Positions 25,101-35,618 of a DNA stretch of 64,000 nucleotides are shown here, piece by piece (positions within the stretch are counted from its first letter, which is position 1; each line of letters opens with the position of its first letter). This DNA comes from Lytechinus pictus. Taxonomy: Eukaryota. The stretch is taken from contig NC_087252.1 of assembly GCF_037042905.1 (NCBI RefSeq), positions 22,074,001 through 22,138,000 on the forward strand, written 5' to 3'. The position numbers were made by a program, and so were the translations under genes. The notes under the pieces are model-generated. The model made no database searches and was not told the DNA's origin. It saw only the letters and a list, made by a program, of their open reading frames with translations.

Positions 25101-28100
25101 TATAATCATCTTTCATAAAAGCCTTGCATGAGGACACTTTTCACTTATGTCCACTTTTCATTTTATGCATGTCCAAATCATGTAACATGAGTAACCGACA
25201 CATTTCAAAGATTTGCCAGGAGCATAATGAAATTTCCCAAGTTTTGTTTTTATACAAAGGATAGTCAGACTGCGTACTATGTTGTGATAAAGAGATGTTT
25301 ACTTCCTATCAATAATAATGGAGTTACAGCTCCAAGTATGAGTCAAGGTGTCTCCAAATGTAACGTGAGTAACCGTGGAATAGCCCATATGCATATCGAA
25401 TCAAAGAAAATAGAGAATGAAATAAATTTTACAAGAAGAAAGCATCTTCGTACAACGTTCTCAGCCCTCGCAATAAGCTGACACAAGGGAGGGGGTGTCC
25501 ATCAATTTTGACGATTCATGCATCTTATGACCCAATTGAGAGTTTGTAAGTCTTTAAAAAAATTACGCATGACTGGAGACCGTTTCTTCTGTTCTTGTGC
25601 TAAATGATATCCATTAGGTAGCTGACTTAGCTAACAAGTTCCAGCGTAACTTCACAAACAGCCTTAAGGAAGAAAACACACACCTGGGCCCTGTGACACA
25701 AAGGTTAGCGATTAATAGCTAACACCTCCTTCCCACTGTCGTGCGATCTTTACGAAAGCCCATTACGCCTTTCCTAACTGATTGCGAAAATTTTTGAACC
25801 CTTTGAAATTTGTCTAGGTTCAATACAATTGCCATGACTGATCTGATGCGATCTGATGAAATCACTATGGTTACTCCATGACTAAGTACGCTGTTTAAAT
25901 TGTGGCGCAAATCGTGTCACTGGGAACCAGCTATTAATGAAATGGCCTATCAAGAACATTGTTGGATGCACATTTGGCTCAGTAGAGTCTAGGCTTGTTA
26001 AAAAAGTCTGAAAATCATTTGGAATGACCCCTTTCCTACAAGAAAAATTGGTTTCCTATGATGTGCTAAAAATATGTTGAATAAGTCTGAAATCGGACTT
26101 TAGTCTGAAAAGTGCCATTCCTGGTAGACTGACTAGGATCCAATCAGAGTTGTTCTTTCAAATTAGCGATTAATTGCTAACTTTTGTGTGACGAGGCCCT
26201 GGTACCCAGTCCTACAAGTACATCAAACTTAGGAACATCTTTATAAAACATCTGCTGGGCTCTCTTATTTTCCCCATTTCAAACAAAAGATTCTTCTATT
26301 ACATTGTATTAGACTTACTGTGCATGCAGTTTCTAACGTTGGCGAGTCTGTTCTTTCTCCTCTCTTCGTTCCATGGCGACTGAAATACCTCTGATCTGAT
26401 CTGCTGCCCTCGTTGCTGTATGTAAAGAGAGCTTTTCTTATCAATCTCAAGTATGGAAATCCGTCATTGCCATAATTCCACATGGAGGAAAATTTACCAA
26501 CATCCCTTTGGAAATGGGGAGGAACTTGTTGCTTTTCTTATCAATCTCAAGTATGGAAAGCCATCATTGCCATAATTCCACATGTAAGAAAATTTACCAA
26601 CATCCCTTTGGAAATGTGGAGGAACTTGTTGCTTTTCTTATCAATCTCAAGTATGGAAAGCCATCATTGCCATAATTCCACATGTAAGAAAATTTACCAA
26701 CATCCCTTTGGAAATGTGGAGGAACTTGTTGCTTTTCTTATCAATCTCAAGTATGGAAAGCCATAATTCCACATATAAGAAAATTTCCCAACATCCCTTT
26801 GGAAATGGGGAGGGGCACACCTATTTATCAAGACATCGATGCTTTAAAGTAAACATCATACTTTGACTCATATTCTTAACTCCAGTTTAATAAACCATGG
26901 TCTAAGTATAGGCTAAATTATGTGAAGCCATGAATTTTAAAGGTAAATGCTAGTTTTGGTAACGACATCAAAATGAGTTCGTACAGAATCCAATGAAATG
27001 ACCACCAAAGTGTCTGTTTGTATAAAGAAAACGTATGTGCCAAAGGATTCTGGAAGAAATTGTGTAATTGCTGAGAAATCAGCAAAAAAGCACAGGATTC
27101 GGGTAGAGCGTCGGGCACGACATTCAAAGCAATCATTATACACTGTCCCACGTGCGCTTATCTGTGTTGGGGATCTTCAGTCTGAACATTTTTCAGCGTA
27201 GATTTCAAGATTTCACAAAGTTCAGTTTATGTAACTGTACCAGATCTAGATCCTCGATGATATACTGACAATTAAGCCTTGTTTTACAGTTTTTCTCATG
27301 AAATCAGTGTTTACTGCAACTACTGGAATTTCTCTTTAAGGCATCTTGTGCACTGTTTATTGGGATATATCCCAATCTCTAAACTTCAGGAAAACTATTG
27401 TCTTCATCATTTCAATATGGTTTGCCTGATTTTGTTATCATTTGAGTGCCAAATGTGATGATACATTAATCATCTTGTGAAGCAGCTTTGGGCCACATTT
27501 GGCTAGCCATAGTTAAACTAAAAATTTAGACCAAGGTTAAAGTAAAAAGGTGAGTACAAAATACGGGCCTTAGTGTCCAAACTGGAGGATATTTACCCAA
27601 CAAAATAATATGATATGAGTGACAATGATACTAATACAGAGTGAGTTAACTTGCAATAATCAAATTCAAAATTTTGAGATAAGATTGAAAATTAAATTCA
27701 ATACAAAAATATACACCCCCTTCCAAAAAAAAAAGATAATATAGTGTTGAGTTTCTTAACCCTCAATCTCCTGGGGTATTTTGATTCTTGTCATTCCCGG
27801 GGGGGGGGGGGCATTATGGCCCCCCCTTAAGATCTCAGCCATGGATTGCGCGATCACAACAAAAATTTACATGATGGTAGAGAATGACGTAATCTACGCA
27901 GTTGCATTGGTAAATTTCACTGAATTCATATTTTTATTTTATATGAATTAATTATGCTTATTTATTCATGAAATCATACTTTTTGCTCTGATTCACTAAA
28001 TAAAGCTCCTAGAATGCTATTTTTTGGTGAAAATATTCTTTATAGCATTCCTAACAATTGTGAATGAAAAAAATTCTGGTACCAAGACCGATTTCTTATG

Positions 28101-31100
28101 TATTTTATTGTTTTTTAAATTTCTTATGTATTTCTATGTTTTTATACTTTCTGTTTTTTATTGTTTTTTCGATGGAAATTGTTCCAGACTTAATTCTAAT
28201 CATAAACAAGTCAAAGTTAATTAAGTTTAATCATTAGAAGTAGAAATAATGATACATTTATGAATTTTGGCCAAATACACAATTTGCATTGGATTTGTAC
28301 ATGAAATCACGTTTATGAGCAATTTTGGGTCTGACATGCACTTACCTAATGTTGCGTAATGTTGTAACCGCGTACCGCGGCGTCACAAATTTGGTCTCAA
28401 AATTTGCGCGAGACTTGAAAGTAAAAAGTCAGTGAGCGGCGAGGTCAAAAAAAATTTGCGCAGCAGATATATCGTGAAAATTGTCGAGGGGGGGGGCCAT
28501 AATGGCCCCCCCCCCCCCCCGGTAGAATTAGGGTTAATTGGCAGCTGTGCATATTTAAATCATACAGGAAGAAAACTGAAAAGTTATCAAGAACAAACCT
28601 TCCCGATGGCTTGAATTGCTGCAGTCTACCCTCCAGCCGTTTCCGATACTCCAAGTAACGGGCAGCATCAGCTTTACAGTCTGTTGAAAACTGCTTCAAA
28701 AGCGCCCTCTTGTGTTGAATGCTTGACACTTTATCACAGCTTTGTTGATATTGTTCTTCTGTTGATCAAGAATACCAAAATAGCAAAATACATATCAAGT
28801 GATTATGAATAAAATTGAATATCAAAATCACATGATCATTTTGAAGAAAAAAAATGTTTCATTACAATATTGCAATTTATGAAACTTACATATGTCACAG
28901 GATTTATTGGGGACCCGCTAACATACAATGTCCCAAATTAAAAACTTTAAAGTTCATAAATCTTATTTTTTAATGAATTTTCATCCAACCTCCACCCATA
29001 TTTTCTCTAATTTTTCTTCTTTTATCAAAGCCCATCTTTAGCTTTCGTAAAGGGCAGTTTCCTCGGTTACGGAGTGTTACTCAGAAACAAGTTTTCAGCA
29101 TTCAAACAAAGATATCACCCATATTTAAATAGTTATTTGCAAAGAAATGGTACCTGATAGTAGTTGCTGAAACCCACTTTTCAAAATAATAACATTTGTT
29201 ATTTTGATCCACTGAATTAATGAGATATGAATATTCATAATCATGGTTACGGAGTGACGTAAAATGGACATGCATATTTGAGGAGAAAACATATTGCTCA
29301 AACTCTGTGAACTTTAAATGGCTATCACAATGTTGAGTTATTGATTGGATTCTATGTTGTTCTAGCTTTAATATGCTGCATTACATTAAAATTTGGTGTG
29401 TTTTTTCATTAATTACAACTTAAAACATAAACCCATCTGAATTATTCACACACAGGCAACGTAAACTGAACTTATATTTTAAAATTTTCTTTTGATATAT
29501 GATGTAAAATGATGACCTTCAGATTATCCAAAATTATCCATTATTACAAAACAAGCAATAGTTTTCTCTTAAATTGAAATTAAGTAAAAAACTATATATG
29601 TAGTCCCATGTGAAGAATTTTTTGTATGGTTTGGACTCTCCTATAAGGAGATGCGTAAAAAAAAATTGTGGCTAGTTATGTTCCCCTTTTGTATTTATGA
29701 AATCCCATATGAGTTTTAATAGAAAAATTTGATCCAGATTTGAAATAGAGCCAATATAATTTTTTGGAAAATGTCCGCTTTTGCTTGGAATTGCCCTAAA
29801 CCCTCCAACATGTGGCTTTCACTATTCCAAATCATTGCCAGATCATACGATTGCAAATAACCTAAAACAGCTACGTTGTGGAGGAAATGAAATGAAAATG
29901 TCTTTTTACAGGATAAATTTGGTGATTTTAAGTGAAAATGTATTTGGATCGGGCGCCCAATCATAATAAAATATCTTTGTGGTTTTCCTCTTTGATATAA
30001 CCTATTCCAATGCTTGGACTGGGCCGAGGCGATGTTGTACGTAGCTTCTTGATATCAAATTCAGGGTCGTGCGGTCCAGTGGTTAGAGCATTGGACTCAC
30101 AATTGCAAGGTTGTGAGTTTGAATCCCCACTCTGCCATTGTATCCACTTTGATAAAAAGGCCCGAGAGTAATATCTGTCGTCTATAAGGTCAGCCACTAT
30201 GACTGATTTATAACCTAGACATAAAATGTTTCCTCTCGGTAATTGGTTATATACCAGCTTGGCGTTTATCAGCGAAACGCTGTCCTGCTGAGTATCTACA
30301 GGAGTTACCATAAACAGAAATAGAATTCTTAAATTTGTAAGATTTGAAAAAATACAACAGCCCGTAAATATCACCTAGAGAAGGCACTAGATATGTTTAA
30401 TTTGAATATTTAAATTTTTACAGAGAATTGGCGGTTGAAAAAGGATCAAGTGGCAGTGGGTACAAGTATTTAAAGGCCTGGTCCCACTGGCTGATGAATA
30501 CAAAACGTATTCATAAAGGACACAGCGGACGAGCAAACTCTTGCGGGTGGCTCCATCCATTTTCATCCGCTCCAGAAATTGACAAATTTGGCGAAAAAAT
30601 TTGCGAAAACATAACGTAAAAGAACAGACGTGGGTAGAATATAGCACGGATGTTAAACGGTTGTCCATCGGAAACCTTGCGGATGAAAACGGATGGAAGT
30701 GGACGACAGCTCTGAAGAGGTTACTGGGGGTTTTGAATACTTTAGAAACGAGATGCATACGCTTACATCCTTTCTATTTCCATGTTATTAACAATGTATA
30801 GACGTTCCACGTACATGTACCTTATCTTTCCTCCCTCTTTCCGTTGTTCAGCTTCAGTGGATGTGAGTTGCGAGGATGCCCAGAGGATGCAGAGAGGATA
30901 CAGCGGAAGTTTAACGGATGATAATGGACATGGAACGTTTTTTGCTAGTATATGTTGCAGATTTACATCGTACCAGCAGAATGTTCATCTGTTCTATAAG
31001 TTTTGTGCATCTCAAACCTTTTCGCGCGGATAAAATCACAGTGGACGGATGATTGATGGATAGAGCGCATGTAACACGTATGCGCTGAGTACACAAATGA

Positions 31101-34100
31101 TGCATAGCGTTTTCAAACAGATGGCAAGATTTTTTTACCTTTACATCCGCTTTGCATCCATGAATGCAGGGGAACCTGGCCTTTAGATGGAATGTTTGAT
31201 GATACTGGAGTATAAGTAGAGGTGGGCTATAGAGGGTCAAATTTAGGTCACATTTTCAGAACATGCTCATCACACCCTAGTTTGATGACTTTGTGCCTAC
31301 TGACACCACTTTTGAAAAAAAAAATGAAAAAAATGTAAAATCCGGGGTGCCCTGACCGCAATCGTAAAAAATCCAAGATGGCCGCCGTTTCGCCTAAAAA
31401 AGACATTTTTGGCTGTAACTCAGTCATTTTTTTGTCTATTGTAATAGTTTTGGTGTCTAACCCTATGTTTTAGGGGTCAAAGAAACTGAATATAATGATA
31501 TTTTTGGTGTAAAACCTATTCTTCTACATAATACTCACATTTTCCCCATATTTAATGTTAAATTTTCCTTCTCCTTCACCCCTACCCCAACCGCAAATTT
31601 TGTATTTTATTTTCTGTATTTTCTTCAAGTCATGTTAGCTATGATACCCTTAATAATATACTCTAGCTATGAAAAGTGTTTTTTTGTACTTTAAACAGTA
31701 CAGCGAGAAATATACAAATAACCTTCATACATGACTGTGTCGCGCACCCAGAAACCTATATCTGGCTGGTGAATTCCGAGTCGGCAGGCACAGTAACTGT
31801 GGAGCCAGTTCTAATACTGTATCTGCTTTAAAGTACCAATTGTTTGATCATCAGACCTCTAGTCAGAGAGTATTATAAAATTCCACTTTTTTATTTGGAA
31901 AATGACTTGAATTAGCTTTCTATGATATGCCAATTGTCAAGCACAAATGTAATGTTTCTGCTGGAAGATGTATCCCATGAGCCAATTACATTACATTGAA
32001 GAATCTACATCGGCAGTACTGTCTGTACATGAGCATGCTTTGGCCATCTCCAGTGCTAATGCTGATCTGTCCCTTTCAATCTTAGAAGTCTTTTTCCATG
32101 TGCTCGATCTCATATCCCTCATGATGTTGGTCTCGACACATACCGAGGTACCAGTTTCGTTCATCGTCATAATCTCATATCACACTGCAGAACTCATTGA
32201 TGCCCACTTCTTTGTCAGTATTTTCTTCAAGGTTGGAATGGGCAGTTGGCTATGTGATCCCATTGGGTGGCTTTAGATTGAATGCATGTCATCTTCAGTA
32301 GGCAGATCAGGGGCAGGGAGATTATCAGACTCTCCTCCAGTCAATAGAAGAGTCAAGTTCACCTTCATTTCTGTTTCACATAGTTGGTTGACCTTATACA
32401 AGTGTGGGCATACCAAGTAATCTAGATGGGATATGTGTCTGCGATATGACAGCTCTGCACGTAACATAGTTTTAAGCTTGGTTGAATTTTGGGTATCCAG
32501 GCATTCCTGAAGCTCATCAACGTTTCTTAATTGACCTCCCCATTTTTTACATTTCTGTAACAGCCTATGCACACACCCGGTACTCTACCGCTTGGGCCAC
32601 ATTCCGCTGAAGCTTTTCCCAAGAGAGGATGTTTTGCTCTTCCACCCATTTCTGCTCACTCTTATCCAACACTTCTGCAATGTTATGGGTCACTTTTTCC
32701 AGTAACTACACCAGCCTTGTTCAAGGTCATATCATCTCAAATACTCTTGGTAGTGAAGTTTCTATTGGAAGCAGCAGCAGACTGCTTTGCTAGTTTGTCA
32801 AAATTTGACAGATCCTGCTCACACTGCAAATTGTTTGAAGGTAGATTGGTGAGATCTTCTTGTGTGAGTTTGTGGAGTTAAGTTGCTCTAGGTTCTGCCA
32901 AACGTATTTCTGCCGTTTGCTGATATCCATACTCACATCCTCTCTGAGTGGCTAAAATCTTTGGCAGCTTGCCGACACATTTGCTGCAAATACACGCCTA
33001 CAGTTTCTCAGGTTTTTCAACTTGGAAAGAGTATGGAACCGTGTATGAAGAGAGTGTGTCTGTCTTGTTATTCAGCAGATCATCATGAAGACGTGGGATG
33101 ATGGTCACTAGATCATTCTGTGAGCTGACTTCTACCATGTTAAGGAATGGGAGGATTATGCAGTATGTGAACCAGGCCAATACCTTCAATACTATCATGA
33201 TTAAGTCACACTCAAGGTACAGATGGCAGGCTTGAACTTGGATTTGGAGTTCTGCAATGTTGCCTCATACTCCGGGATGTGATATAGAATGGCTGCAGCA
33301 GTGTATGCCATAAGATCAAATCGATGTTCATTGAAGAGGCTGTTCTTGTTTTGCCTGCAGATGCAACCTCACACTCGAAGGTCTCCTACATGGATGATTT
33401 GTGTCCGTCATAACTTACTAGTTTTGTCAGTGCCTGTAATGCTGCTACAGTATGACCACACTCTTCTTGAGGAAGGATTTCAGGGTCGGCATGTATGCAA
33501 TTAATTTTTCACGAAGCCCTAACTTGACTTCATGCTGAACAAGGGTAGAGATATTGCCTGCATCAAAATCCTCACATGTGTGGGTCACACACAACAAGTG
33601 TAGAAGCTAGGATGTGCTGACTGTTAAGCGATGGTGCTATTTGATGTTTGTAGTAATGAGGAGCTCGAGTGGTAATAGTGATACATGTACATTACATGCG
33701 GTGATGAAGGGAGCTGTGCTGTAACTACTTGTGCATACTTACAAACAAAACAAAGTGGATATAAAATTTGGGATAATGGGCATGAGACAAGAAGGGAAAA
33801 AAGGAAGGCTTAAACTGTTAATTGTGATGCACACGTCATCTATTGGAATCAATATTGTAAGAATTCGCATATTGGGGAAATAAGTAGAAATTTGATTAAA
33901 TACTGATATAACATGAATTTTAACACTAATATATAAAAATGAATACTATAAATGGGTTCAGTGACCCCCAAAACATAGGTTTAGACACCAAAACTAGGCT
34001 AAGGGATGAAAAAATGACTGAGTTATGGCCCAAAACATGTTTTTTTAGGCAATCCGGCGGCCATCTTGGATTTTCGGGTTTTTCGGCCGGGGCACCCTGG

Positions 34101-35367
34101 ATTTCGGATTTTTTTCATTTTTTTTTCTGATTATGGTGTCAGTGTGCACCAATTCATCAAACTAAGGTGTGATGAGCATGTTCTGAAAATGTCACCCTCT
34201 ATAGCCCACCTCTAGTATAAGTCATATTATTGACCCTTTAATACCAAAGTTAAATAAGATAGGCTTTAAAACCAACTTATTTTCAGATTGAACTACCTAC
34301 CTGCTGATACAATCTGCTTCTCAAGCTTCTGTAAGAACTCATCAAGGTGCTGAATGTCTGTCTTGACCCCAGTGACCTTGGCCTGCAAGTCCCTCCGTCT
34401 CTTGACCAGCTCCTCCCTCTCTGCTGAAAACTTGGTATCTCCCTGGTACCTGACCCTGTAGGATGAACTCTTGCTGTGCAGGCTTTTTCTGGGAGGTTCC
34501 ATTCAGTCAAGGGGTGTAACAGCGACTCTCAACAGAAGTTATAAATAATATCATGACATGGCAAATTAGCATTGTTTGAATTCTATTTCTGTGTTCAATG
34601 CAACTAAACATGATATTACATTAAAATAATTCACTCACTGACATTTTCACAACTACTTCTATTGCAAGTTCATAAACAGGGACAAAGCATCAACAAAATA
34701 ATAAAATAAGGACATTACCAAATTTCCAAAATAACACGACAGGCCAACATCCACAAAAATAAAGACACAGTCATTAATATTGTTTGTTGGCTGTCCAAAA
34801 TAGGGAATGTCTATCAAACATTTGGCAAATATGCATTTTCATAACTGGCAAATTACAAAATAAAATTGGTAAAAAACAACAACAAAAAGCAACCCTATAG
34901 TTATTTAATCATGACATAAATAATAAAGAATAATTCAACATTAATTTCTCACAGGATTTTACGATGCTTTATATTATGAGCAAACTGTCTAGTATAAAAG
35001 CTGGTTGGATGTAGATCTGTATCAAAAAATTAACTTTGAACATGTATATGATATACATGTAATGAGATAAGATTTTAAATGCAATAACAATGATATTCCT
35101 ATTCCTACTACAACTACTACTGCTTCAAGTACTCTTTCCTTCCAAGGACTATGGCAGAATGGAATCTACTACAAATAGACACACGTGAAGCTTAATTGGG
35201 CGATAGTTTTAAAACAAAAATTGGATGTCTACTTTCATCCGGGGGGGGGGGGGGGACACATCATCACTAATTCAAATTCATCACTTACCACACTACTACT
35301 ACTGCTGCCTCTGCTACTACTACTACTATTTCTACTATTACTACTACTAGTACTATTACTACTATAT

Positions 35368-35442
<75 letters not shown>

Positions 35443-35584
35443 ATGTACTTCTACTACTATTGCTACTACTACTACTTCTGCTGCTGCTACTGCTGCTACT
35501 ACTACTACTATTTCTACTATTATTACTACTGCTACTAAATACTACTAATACTAACTACTACTACTACTACTACTATTACTACTG

Positions 35585-35618
<34 letters not shown>

